Assembly: GCF_006345805.1 (NCBI RefSeq)
Contig: NC_043020.1
Coordinates: forward strand, 9,114,001 to 9,178,000
Direction of reading: 5' to 3'
Length of the DNA stretch: 64,000 nucleotides
DNA from: Octopus sinensis
Lineage: Eukaryota
A model generated the notes under the pieces. It was given only the letters and a program-made list of their open reading frames with translations, searched no databases and was not told the DNA's origin. Made by a program: the position numbers and the translations under genes. Below, piece after piece: positions 12,250 through 24,420 of this stretch (position 1 is the first letter of the stretch; the number at the start of each line of letters is the position of its first letter).

Positions 12250-12411
12250 ACTTGAGGTACAAGCAGATGTTTTTATTAACCCCACTGTACGTGAAAGAAC
12301 CAGCCTAAGCAGTGAATCAGCAAACTTCAGCATCGGTGAAAAGTCAGCCACAGTCTCATATGGAGATGATGCCAGCACCAAAACTTTGGCAGGATCCATT
12401 GCAGGTTACAG
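12250..12411 (+). CDS. RNF19: RNF19 exon (LEVQADVFINPTVRERTSLSSESANFSIGEKSATVSYGDDASTKTLAGSIAGYR)
   Basis: T-tract+caag| and |gtaaat; phase 2 to 2; LEVQADV and D.ASTK..AGSI motifs of RNF19A. Confidence 0.92.
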
Positions 12412-12904
12412 GTAAATCATATACCTGTTTTTCTTTCTCTCTACTTGTCTCTCTTTCCTCGCACGTATTGTCATGAATTAACAGAAATCCTATATAATTT
12501 GGACGCACACCTGAGAAAGTAAATGAAATGATATAAACCAGTTTTAATCCAAAAGTGTAGGTTAACTTCATAGTTTTATTATTCTTTCTGTCTCACCTTT
12601 CTCTCTCTCTCCTTTCTCCCTCCTCCTCTCTCATATGATAACCACAAGCAGTCCGTCAATGTAAATTCAAATGATTGTACTGACAAAACACACCACCATT
12701 TCTGTGATTATTCAACCCGATGTATTACAGTTTATTTATCACAGGAGGATTTATTATCCTCCTAACATCTTTCCCAAAACAAACAAACGTACACATTAGG
12801 TAATGCTGCAATTGAAAATCGAATGGGATGTTCACAGTTGGATTGTCTTTGAACAAAGGTCAACTTGGTCAGGGCTGACCTGCACTAAATTCACACTCCA
12901 TCGG

Positions 12905-13215
12905 TTATGACAACAAGGGTTTCCAGTTGATTGTATCAGTGGAACAGTTTGTTTGTGAAATTAACGTGCAAGTGGCTGAGTACTCCACAGACATGCATGC
13001 CTTTAGTTCTCGAGGAGATTCAGCATTACACAGTGTGTGACATTGCTGGCTCTTTGAATGACAGGTACAATGCATTTTTGTTTTTGCAACTGAGTGGACT
13101 GGAACAACGTGAAATAAAGCGCCTCGCTCAAGGACAGAACATGCTGCTGGGAATCGAACTCACGACCTTACGCTCACGAGCTGGAAAGCCTAACCACTAA
13201 GCCACGAGCCTTCAC
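12905..13215 (-). mobile_element. tRNA-derived SINE (shared central domain plus D-type tail)
   Basis: GGCTTAGTGGTTAGG...GAGTTCGATTCCC head; CTTGAGCGAGGCGCTTTATTTCACGTTG central block; tail like 30737-30900. Confidence 0.8.
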
Positions 13216-13764
13216 TCCTGGACTAAACAACAGTAAATCTCTTCTTGATCACAACTGATCCATGACAAAGCCACAACAATATACTCTAGATGCATTCCAT
13301 CAGAACTGGACTCGGGTCATACAACAACTGATATCATATTGAGTTGGATGAAGCATTTATTTTACTGACCACCAGATTGCTGATAACACAGTTTGGCAAC
13401 ATTTAAACCTCAGAATTGTATTTGGTTTTGGGTGATATTTCTCTTAGGGTCTTGGCAAGAAATGGTTGAATTCCACAGTGAAATTCTTTTAATAAGTTTT
13501 CTTCCCCTCTTTAAGTTTGCAATTCAAGTCCAGTCAAAACCTGCTGCCAGGGTTTTACGCTAGAAAGAGTCTGCATTTTTCTTTTGCAAAATTGTGTGGC
13601 CTTGTGTCTAATGAAGCAAATATATTTGAAAGAGAGATGGCAAGAGTTATCTTCTCTTCGTTCCGACCTGATCTGTCTTTCACTTGTTTCTTCCTCAACT
13701 CTCCAAACGGAAACTTCATATACTGCGAGAAACATCGTTACATATATGGGTTTCTTCTGTGCTT

Positions 13765-14378
13765 CACACACACGTGCACAGTGACACACACACACACACA
13801 CAGTGACACACACACACACACACAGTGACACACACACACACACACACAGTGACACACACACACACACACCACACACACACACACACACACAGTGACACAC
13901 ACACACACACACAGTGACACACACACACACACACACAGTGACACACACACACACACACAGTGACACACACACACACACACACAGTGACACACACACACAG
14001 TGACACACACACACACACAGTGACACACACACACACACAGTGACACACACACACACACAGTGACACACACACACACACGTGACACACACACACACACACA
14101 CAGTGACACACACACACATGCACAGTGACACACACACACACGCACAGTGACACACACACACACGCACAGTGACACACACACACAGTGACACTCACACACG
14201 CACAGTGACACACACGCACAGTGACACACACGCACAGTGACACACACGCACAGTGACACACACGCACAGTGACACACACACACAGTGACACTCACACACA
14301 GTGACACTCACACACAGTGACACACACACACACACACACATACAGTGACACACACACACACCACACACACACACACAC
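13765..14378. repeat. Compound (CA)n satellite punctuated by CAGTGA
   Basis: Direct reading. Confidence 0.97.
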
Positions 14379-14689
14379 ATAATAGAAAGAAATATAAATA
14401 AAATAAGAAAATCGAGACCCTTATGCATGGGTGTAGAGAGGAAATTTTCTTTTTATGAATTTCCATCTCTTATAAACCAGAGACTTTTGTCAGCCGTCAC
14501 ATTCTGAATAATGAAAATTCTGCATAATAGATTTCTAAACCTTAGTAGCTTAGTTTTTTTTTTATTAATTATATAATACCTACTTAAGTCTTTTGTATTT
14601 CAATGAAATTTTAATTGCTGAAAAATTAGTAAGACAAAACTCTGAGCAACAGAGCTATGAAATTGGCTTTTTGTTACTGAACTTTGAAA

Positions 14690-14806
14690 CATGCATCCTT
14701 TAAGGCCCTCATGCTTTCCGAAATCCGCCGAAACTACACCTGATTATATATACACTTTAGATGAGTTGTAGTGCACCTGAGCACTGTACACAATTATTAT
14801 TATTAT
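14690..14806 (+). mobile_element. CR1 3' end (short-UTR subfamily)
   Basis: Matches 37330-37445. Confidence 0.85.
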
Positions 14807-15198
14807 AAACCCTGTTGATCCCAAACTGTCTGAGACCTTCTATTTTGATGTTGACTGAATTAAAACCTTCCTTCATAATTTCACGTTTATATATGTTCCA
14901 GACACTAGCTTGATAAGTTATTTGGTTAGTTTTTCCTTATTTTCAAAATTAAATTTAATCAAAGGCATTGGATTTCAACAGAAATATGGGAACAAAAGGG
15001 TTAAAGTGATCTTAATGAAAAGCTTCCTTCAAAATTTCTCGTTAATTTGCATTCCAAACACCAGATCAATAACGATGAGGTCACTTTACTAAATTCTTCA
15101 TTATTTTCAAAATTCACTGAAACAAAGACAATATATTTCAATAGGAATTTGGTAAGAAAAGGCTCAGTTCCTGTTTCAGAAAGATTTCCAGACAATGG

Positions 15199-15865
15199 AC
15201 ATCATCATTATCATCGTTTAACGTCCGTTCTCCATGCTAGCATGGGTTGGACGGTTCGACCGGGGATCTGGGAAGCCAGAAGGCTGCACCAGGCTCCAGT
15301 CTGATCTGGCAGTGTTTCTACAGCTGGATGCCCTTCCTAACGCCAACCATTCCGTGAGTGTAGTGGGTGCTTTTTACGTGCCACCTGCACAGGTGCCAGG
15401 CGAGGCTGGCAACGGCCACGATCGGATTGGTGCATTTTACGTGCCACCGGCACGGAAGCCAGTCGAGGCGGCGCTGGCATCGGCCACGATTTGGATGATG
15501 CTTTTTACGTGCCACCGGCACAGAAGCCAGTCGAGGCAGCACTGGCATCGGCCACGATTTGGATGGTGCTTTTTACGTACCACCGGCACGGGAAGCCAGT
15601 CAAGTCGACGCTGGCATCGGCCACGATTCGGATAGCGCTTTTTACGTGCCACCGGCTCAGGTATCACAGCTGCAGTTTCCATTGATTTTGATGTCGGTGT
15701 ACTTGACTCAATGGATCTCTTGAAGCACAGGGTCGAAATGGTGTTTCTTCACTTGCCACCTGCACAGGAGTCAGTCCAGCGGTCCTGGCAACTGCCGGGT
15801 GCCAGTCATAGGATTGGTTCAATTTCGATTCCGATTTCGATTTCACTTGCCCCAACAGGTCTTGA
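15199..15865 (-). mobile_element. RTE 3' UTR copy with internal ~66-bp tandem units
   Basis: Matches 55349-55720; (GAT)n tail; repeated core GTGCTTTTTACGTGCCACC. Confidence 0.9.
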
Positions 15866-16071
15866 GTTACAATAGTAAAAATAAGAACAGAAATAAACGA
15901 GAGATGAACAAATATAAAGTGCATATGTTTGTTTGGCAAAAGAAAAAAAATTGGCCATCTTGAAATACAATAATTATATAAATATATTCTATGTATATCT
16001 ATACATTTGTGTGTGGTGCACCTAAGCACTGTATACAATAATTTCATTATATTTATATATGGATGTATATA

Positions 16072-16113
<42 letters not shown>

Positions 16114-16158
16114 AAGCATAATTCTAATTGTTTGTATTTTTGCGGGTTCTTTTTTCAG

Positions 16159-17074
16159 AGACAAAGACAGCATATCAGCGACATCACCCTCATTGGAAGC
16201 CCAAGCTGAGACAGTGTCCACTAGGTGGCGCAACAACAGTGGCAGCAGCATTGGCGCTGAAATCAAATGCAACCAGGTGGCCTCACCAATCCAATGGTCC
16301 CCAGTATCAGGACGTAGTGGCAGTTTTTCTGGGGACGATGTGAAATGCGGCTACATGAAGCATCGAAAAGCAATGAGGTTGAGCATTGACGAGAAAATCC
16401 ACGAACATCTGGACAGTCGTAGCACCGACCTGGACAAACCAAGCACTGAAAGTGTTTGTGGTGTTGGCGGCAGTGGTGGTGTTGGAGGTAGCAGTGATGG
16501 TAATGTTGTTGGTGTTGGCGGTGGTGCTGAGCTGAAGAAGTGTAATCGGTCACAGGAGCATGCAATGAGCCTGCCACTCGTGAATGCCCAGTGCAAAGGG
16601 TCATCAAATGAGAACATGAATTGCTGTTCGTCTGTCACCGGCAAGAGCTTGCCAGGACTGACGGAAGTCGAGAACGGGGTCGGCGTCGTTGGGGGTAACG
16701 GCTGCTATGGTGGTGTTGGAGTGCAGCACCCACTCTACTCGCTGGCCGCTGCCAAGCCTCTATCCCTGATGAATGCCCGCAGTAACCTGAACAGCTGCTG
16801 TGCAATGTCTGACGGGTCAGAGGTGTCCGTCCTCCTTGACGGGCGTCTCGTCGTCCCTGTCAGTGGAGCCTCTACCAGCCGGAGCGGCAGTCGTCCGGCC
16901 GGATCCAGCGGCACCACTTCTCCTCCCCCTACTACTACTACTACTCCTCCTCCCACTGCTACTCCCACTGCTGCAGCCGCTGAACAGGACTTTGACGGGC
17001 CTTCCCGTTGCCTGCGCAGACGCAGCTGTGAACTGGCCCTCGAGCACGGACGGCTTTCTCCGAAGCTAGAATGA
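16159..17074 (+). CDS. RNF19: RNF19 terminal coding exon (DKDSISATSPSLEAQAE...HGRLSPKLE*), long low-complexity Ser/Gly/Thr/Pro tail
   Basis: tttttcag| acceptor in phase 2 joins the previous exon in frame; 916-nt GC-rich open frame ending in TGA at 17072-17074; position matches the RNF19 last exon. Confidence 0.85.
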
Positions 17075-17181
17075 CTGGTTGCAGTAACTGGTGACATGTG
17101 GAGAAATGAGGCTCTACTGGTGCACTTACAAACATGTCTACATACATACCTACATATAAAAAAAAATATACATATATATAT

Positions 17182-17217
<36 letters not shown>

Positions 17218-17391
17218 ATGATGATGATGATGATGATGGTGTGTGTTGCATGTGTAATCATGCTCCCTCATGTTCTCTCTCTCTGTTACTTTGTCTCGTC
17301 TGTCTGTCTGTCTGTCTCTCTCTCTTTTACATGTGTGTGTGTGTGTGTGCATACACACACACACACAATCCAACACAAATCTATATTTTCC

Positions 17392-17434
<43 letters not shown>

Positions 17435-17844
17435 AACAAACGCATGCAAACCTGTACTTGGACATTCTCCATATCCAGACCTCACTCATACTCACACTCT
17501 CACTCGCAACAAAAAAAAAACCCCAAACAAAACATACGAACAATAAAAGAATGATGTTGTTGTTGTGAAAGTGGTGGTGGGTGGGTGGGGAATTGAGGAA
17601 ATGTGATGATGATGATGATGATGATGCTCCAAGGGACTATCACTCGGTGATGGTCATCGCGGAAGGGCATCCTCTCAGCTGACACAACTCTTTGCTATCA
17701 GTAATTAATTACAGTTGATTATTTTGTAGGGTGACAGAATATAATAGCAAGAAGGAAAAAGAATAAAATGTGTGTGTGTATATATATACATGCATGTGTG
17801 TGTATATATATATATATGCACACATGCACATATATATATATATA

Positions 17845-17920
17845 TATACACCCCCAGATATATCAATACATACACACCACATATATATATATATATACAC
17901 CCCCAGATATATCAATACAT

Positions 17921-17951
<31 letters not shown>

Positions 17952-18357
17952 CACCCCCAGATATATCAATACATACACACACACATATATATATATACAC
18001 CCCCAGATATATCAATACATACACACACATATATATATATATATATATACACCCCCAGATATATCAATACATACACACACATATATATATATATATATAT
18101 ACACCCCCAGATATATCAATACATACACACACATATATATATATATATATACACCCCCAGATATATCAATACATACACACACACACATATATATATATAT
18201 ATACACCCCCAGATATATCAATACATACACACACATATATATATATATATATACACCCCCAGATATATCAATACATACACACACACATATATATATATAT
18301 ACACCCCCAGATATATCAATACATACACACACATATATATATATATATATATACACA
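17845..18357. repeat. About 50-bp minisatellite x10: constant ACACCCCCAGATATATCAATACATAC core plus variable (AC)n(AT)n
   Basis: Direct reading; downstream of the RNF19 stop. Confidence 0.95.
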
Positions 18358-18622
18358 CATAAACTGTCTGTACAAATGTATGAAAGAAAATGAAAAAAGG
18401 TAAAGACTTGAATAATTCAAGAAATGTACAAAACTTGTACCATACTGGGGGTGGGGGGTGGGGGCGGGTTTCAAATGCTTGTTTATTTTGTTGCTTTTGT
18501 TTTGTTTTTTTATTATTTTTTATATAAAAAAAAATATTTTAGTAAGTTTTTCCATAAATATATTTTAATTTTTTTTGTTGAATTTGAAACTGGTTTACAT
18601 GTTGGTCCCTTTGGAATTTATT

Positions 18623-18658
<36 letters not shown>

Positions 18659-19239
18659 GCATACATACATACACACACACGTACACACACATATGTATAT
18701 ATACACATGCACACACACATTTCATCTTTGGATGTTTTACTGGTTACCGTGGTACCCTAGTTAACATGGTACCCTGGTCAATGTGATACCCTGGTACTCT
18801 GGCCAATGAGATTTATCCAAGACATGGCTATTGTTAGATGAAAGCTGTTTTTCTCTTTTTCCCTTTCTTCATCAATGCTTACCTTACCATTCACCCCACC
18901 CCCACCCCCATCAAATCTTTTTCTCTGTTTTTTTAATGTTTCCTTTTTATTCTTTTAGTTGTTTTGTTTTCCTCCTGAAATATTCAGGTTTAACTTCATT
19001 CTTTTATCATTTGTAGTTCTAGTTGTTGTTGTTGTTCTACAGCCACCTGCCACTGGGCTCCTCTTTGCCTTTCATTTTTCTGTGGTGGGGGGTCACTGAA
19101 ATATTTTAATTCTTCATGAAAATAAAGTACCAGCTGCACACTGAGCCAACCCACTTGACTTTTCTGTCCGTCTGCATCTCCCACCAGACTATTTCTAGCC
19201 TTTTGTTTTTGTCAGCATCAGCTGTTATTAAAAGATGGT

Positions 19240-20620
19240 GAGATGGCAGAGTTGTTCTCATGCTGGACAAAATGCTGAACAGCATTTCTTCCAGCTCTCT
19301 GCATTCCGAGTTCAAATCCTGTCCAGGTTGATTTTGCCTTTCATCCTTTCGAGGTCAACAAAATAAGGCACCAGTTGAACACTGAGAGCAATATAATTGA
19401 CTGTTCCCCCTCCTCGCCCTTTGAAATTGCAGGCCTTGTGCCTAAATTTGGAACCATTAATGGTGGCAAGCTGGCAGAATCATATAATGTGCCAGACAAA
19501 ATATTTGGTGGCATTTCATTCAGCTGCTTATGTTGCGAGTTCAAATCCCACGGAGGTCAACTGTAACCTTCATTCTTTGGAGGTGGATGAAGTACCAGTC
19601 GCATACTGGGAGTTGATAGAATCAACTTACCTCATTCCCTTAGGAATTGCCAGCATTGTGCCAATATTAGAAGCATTATTATTGGTAGAACATCAGAACT
19701 CTGGAGATTCTTAGTTGAAATCCTGTCAGAGATTAACAAAAGAAGTGTCTGTCAAATCCTGATTTCATTTCAAACTGTGTGATTAAACTCCTTTCATTAA
19801 AATTTGTGGCCATGGGATTTAATAAAAACCAGCAAGTATTTGTTCTCCTTATGTTTTTTGAGTTCAAACCTTGCCGAAGTCAGTTTTTGCTATTCAATCC
19901 TCCACCATCAATGAAATAAAGTCCCAATTTAGTACAAGGGCCAATGGTACCAACTACCCTTCCACCATTCTCAGAATTGCTGGCCTTGTCTTGAAATTAG
20001 AAACAGTTACAGGGGCATTGCATTGATCTGAGTATTGGATAAAATACTCTGCCCTCTTTTTTTTTCTTCTGAATTTCTCTGTCCTGAGTTCAAATCCTGC
20101 CTTTCATGCTGGTGCACTTGATAAAGAACTGGGATCAATAGTCTTGACTAACCACCACCTTTTCCCTCAAAATTGCTGGCCTTGTGCCTCAATTAGAGAC
20201 TGTTGGGGATGGGGGGTGCGAATGGAGAGCAAGAATTTTTTGATATGCAAGATCCAAGTTTTGGTTTCAAATTCCAGTTGGAATTGCTTCAATGAAGACC
20301 TTTTGGCCGGTGTAAGGAGCACAACTTGTTTCCTTTCTCCTGGCTATTTTGTATATTTGCAATAATAATAATAATAATAATAATAGTTTGATATGGTCAC
20401 ATGACTACAAAATTTGGTGGGATGGAGGAAGCGGTGTGGTTAGTGTAATAAAGCTGATATTTTATTGACCCCAGGATGATGGAAGTAAAGTTGACTTCAC
20501 TGCAGTCTGAACTCACTACCTAGATGGTTTCACCCAAATACCACCAGATAGTTTGTCCAATGCTTAACTGGTTCTCTGTTATTTTGTCACTTCTCTTTTT
20601 CATATAATTTGTTAATGTGG

Positions 20621-20653
<33 letters not shown>

Positions 20654-20874
20654 TTCTGATTTAGGCACAAGGTCAGCAATTTTGAAAGGAAGGAAGTTTG
20701 TTGATGCCGTTGACCCCAGTAGCCAACTGGTATTTTATTTTATTGACCCCCCCCCCCATTCCCCAAAGGAGGAGAGGCAAAGTTGCTCTTGAAAGGATTC
20801 GAACTTGGAATGCAGCACTGGAAGAAATTCCTCAAAAGCATTTTTGTGATACTCTGAGTCTGTCAGTCCATTGC

Positions 20875-20909
<35 letters not shown>

Positions 20910-20960
20910 TATAATGATTCGTTCTACTCTAGGCACAAGACCTGAATGTTTTGAGGGAAG
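19240..20960. mobile_element. Cluster of about 6 diverged SINE-B-related copies with alternative tail (CCCCCAAAATTGCTGGCCTTGTGCCTAAATT)
   Basis: Repeated GAGTTCAAATCC...TTTTGCCTTTCATCCTT...AGTACCAG blocks on both strands. Further copies near 4880, 26760, 28690-29060, 42120, 43090, 61100 and 61625. Confidence 0.7.
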
Positions 20961-22682
20961 GGGTAAGTTGGTTATATTGACCCTCCCCCTAGCTTGATTG
21001 GTACGCTGTAACAGTGGACATCAAACTGTAAAAGCCCTCCCTGCCAGAGGTGAGACAAGAGCTTGGTGTAGTCTTCTGACTTTCCAGCTCCTGTCAAACT
21101 GTCCAACCCATGCCAGCATTGAAAAACGGATGTTAAATGAGGATGAAATGCTTTGTATTTGAACAGAAATAGATTAAGAAAGGAGTTAGGGGTTTGACCC
21201 AAATCCCTGCTGGTTGGTTGGTTGGTTGGTTGGTTTATATGTCTGTAGGGAATAAACATGGAAGGGTATGAGTTTTAGGGATTAGAGGGTGTAAGGAAAA
21301 TAGTTTGATGCAGGGGTATATAAGCTGGTATATTTAAGGGCTTCAACTAAGGACTGGTAAGAGCCCTGTACAACAACTTGGCACCAGTGGACAAATACAT
21401 CTAAAGTAGTTTGGTTCCATTCTCCTATAGCTTTTGTTAATCTTCCTTCAATTGGAATCTTGTTTTCTCTTAATCCCAAGAAGATAAAAGGCAAAGTTGA
21501 TCCCCAATGTGATTTCAGCTCAGAACATAAAGATCCGTAAGAAATACCACAAAGTATTGTTGTTTTGTTTCTGTAACAATTCTGCCAATCAAATGCTTTA
21601 ATGCTTAGGTATGTATGTAATCTCTCCCTCTCTCTCTCTCTCTTGCTCTCCTTTTGTCATTTTCTAGATCCAACCCCCATCTTGCTCCACTTCCAAAGTG
21701 GTGTTTCCCATTATTTTGACATAATCCAGACCAATTCTTCTTCTTTGCCCCCTGTCCCCTTAATTCTCCTAACCCCCCCAGGCTGACCTCTCCTACTCTC
21801 TTCCCCCACCCCACCCCCGCCGTCTCTGACAGGTCATCTGTTTGTTCAGGTGGACCTAATAATATTAGATGAAAAATACTCGGATCTCCACAAACGTGGC
21901 ACCTGGGCCTTCAGTCAGTGTGGCACACGACACCTGTAAAACCACGCAACCAACTATGCAGCAGCAGTAGTAGTAGTAGTAATATCAGTGGTGGTAATAA
22001 TAATAATAATGATGTGTGTATACATAATACTTATCTAAAGATATTCATTTTGACATACTGGATGTGTGTATATATATGTGTGTGTGTGTGTATATTAATG
22101 CCACATTCATTCATTTACTGTGATATTCAAAGGAAGCTCATCATAGTCTTGTAAGTTTGAGGGTTTAATAATCTAGATTTTTTTTCCCTTTTTCTATTGT
22201 CCCCTTTTTTTTTTTTCTTATCTCCCTAATTTGTTGGTCAACCATATTTCTCACGTTACACTGTGATAATGGTGGTGATGATGGTGATGATGGAGAAAGA
22301 AGAGCAAGTGAATGAGTGAGCGACAGAGGGAGAGCTAGGGTGCCTCTTGTACTGTAACAGAATGAATATTATTTTCAAAGCTGCTTTAATCTCCATCGTT
22401 TGCTAAACCCTGTTTATCCATCATCATTCTGTCTGTCTGTCAGTCTCTCTCTGTGGTTGTCTGTTCAATATGGATCACAGCTCACATCCCCAAAATAAGT
22501 ACTTCTTTGTGTTCCTGCGAGAAAATTCTTGGCTTTTGCTTTTACCACATGAAGCTTAACTGGGCACAAGTTTGGCAATGGCCATGTGGTTCAGTTTAGT
22601 CTGCAAGTGCATCGTGCTGGGTTCAATGGCACTGTGAGGCACTTTGGGCGAGTGCCTTCTGCCACATCCATATGTAGTGGTG

Positions 22683-22749
<67 letters not shown>

Positions 22750-22929
22750 TTGATGGTTGCTTGAAGAATGATGCTAATAGATTTAGATCTATCTATCTCT
22801 AAGCTGTAGGATGTTGCACAAGCACTCAGCTCTGAGCCCACTACTTCTTACAGCAGAAACAGCTGTGAGCTAATGACAGTGATTATGTAACACCTGTCCT
22901 TTTGACATCATTAACTGATATACATACAC

Positions 22930-22972
<43 letters not shown>

Positions 22973-23166
22973 ATCACATTTATGTGTGTGTAGTGTATGT
23001 TCTTATGCATGTCTCTGTCAATCTTTCTGTATAATCCATGTCTTCTCTCTCTCTCTGTCACTATATATATACATATATATATATACTTTATTTAAAAGCA
23101 GCAGAAAATTCAACAAAACCTGTTACCCTGAGTTTCACGTTCCCGTTCGTCGGACAGTTTTTGCTA

Positions 23167-23221
<55 letters not shown>

Positions 23222-24375
23222 GTAATTCTCACATACATGCATACCTGTATGATATCTAGGTGTGAAGTTGGCTCAAATGAATGACAAAAAGCATGTCTGT
23301 GTTCATATCCGCTGCCACCATCCAGTTCCCATTATGGAGGCAGTTTACCACCAAGTTTCAACAGCCATTGTTGTTGTTGTTGTTGTTGTTGTTATTGTTG
23401 TTACTACTACTACTCTTACTACTGCTACTACGACTGCTGCATCAGCTTCTTTCTGCTGCTGCAAACTTTTAACTTGTGCAGATTTTCGCATATTTGCTCT
23501 CTTTCTCTCTCTCTCTCTCTGTCGGCGCTTGCACCGACGGTGCCAGCTGCTGACAAATACTTTCGACTTCATAAGCTTTGAGTAAACTATTGGCAGCAGA
23601 CCTGACCTAAATTTCTAAACAGATTCTTCCACAAACTCTGTGGAAAATAACAAGTCTTTGCCCCTCTTCCTTCTCCACCACCTGCTACCCCTCCCTCAGT
23701 CCCCACCGTTCTTGTGCCGCATTTCTTCTTGTTTGAATTTATTTTTCTTATGCGGTTGATTGGCAAAATCAGAAGAACCCCCCCAAAAAAAAAGAAGTTT
23801 GGCTGAAACCCTTTTATCTTTCTGGGACATTGATCTTATTAACATCCCTGACCATTTCTCCTCCATCAAAATCTGGACCCCCTTTCCAACTTTCCCTTTA
23901 ATTATATGAAAGGCTTAATTGGTTGGCAGAATCAATGGAACAGCAACAGACCAAATCCATTTTTAATGTTCTGAGTTTAAATTCTTTGAAGGTTGGCTTT
24001 GCAATTTTGTTCTGGTGTCGACAAAACATCCACCAGCCAAGTACTACACGAACCCCACTCCTACCATACATCAAGTCTGTTTCGATACTTTTCTTTTCTT
24101 GTTTAACCCCCAGATGACCCCCAGTTGTGCAGATGCTTTTGATTCTTATTTTTTTTTCTGTTTGAGGGAGACATGGCTGCTATTTTTATCAGGTCTCATG
24201 ACCATTTAGAGATTCTCCCATTTCGGTTCATCGTATTTTCAAGGTGCTGATTTGACAAGAGTTCGTAGTTCCAGGCTAATTACCACACAGTAATTAATTC
24301 TGTCTAATTAACCTCTCTTCTTGCTTTCTCCCTTTTCCCCAACTCTCTCTCTCTTTTTCTCTACATACATAGTTG

Positions 24376-24420
<45 letters not shown>

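Noticed and set aside
13511-14428. Long Cys/Val/His-rich ORFs (CVCVSL...)
   Set aside because: Translation of the (CA)n/CAGTGA satellite; not metallothionein-like genes.
15370-15660. Repeat-spacer appearance of the RTE 3' UTR units (possible CRISPR)
   Set aside because: The inter-core segments are homologous to each other, and the array is part of a LINE 3' UTR.
17768-18403. About 200-aa YI-rich ORFs and a CRISPR-like look of the repeat
   Set aside because: Eukaryotic minisatellite; the linkers are only (AC)/(AT) length variants, there are no unique spacers and no cas genes.
23262-23585. ORFs over (GTT)n/(ACT)n tracts
   Set aside because: Trinucleotide microsatellite translation without splice or homology support.
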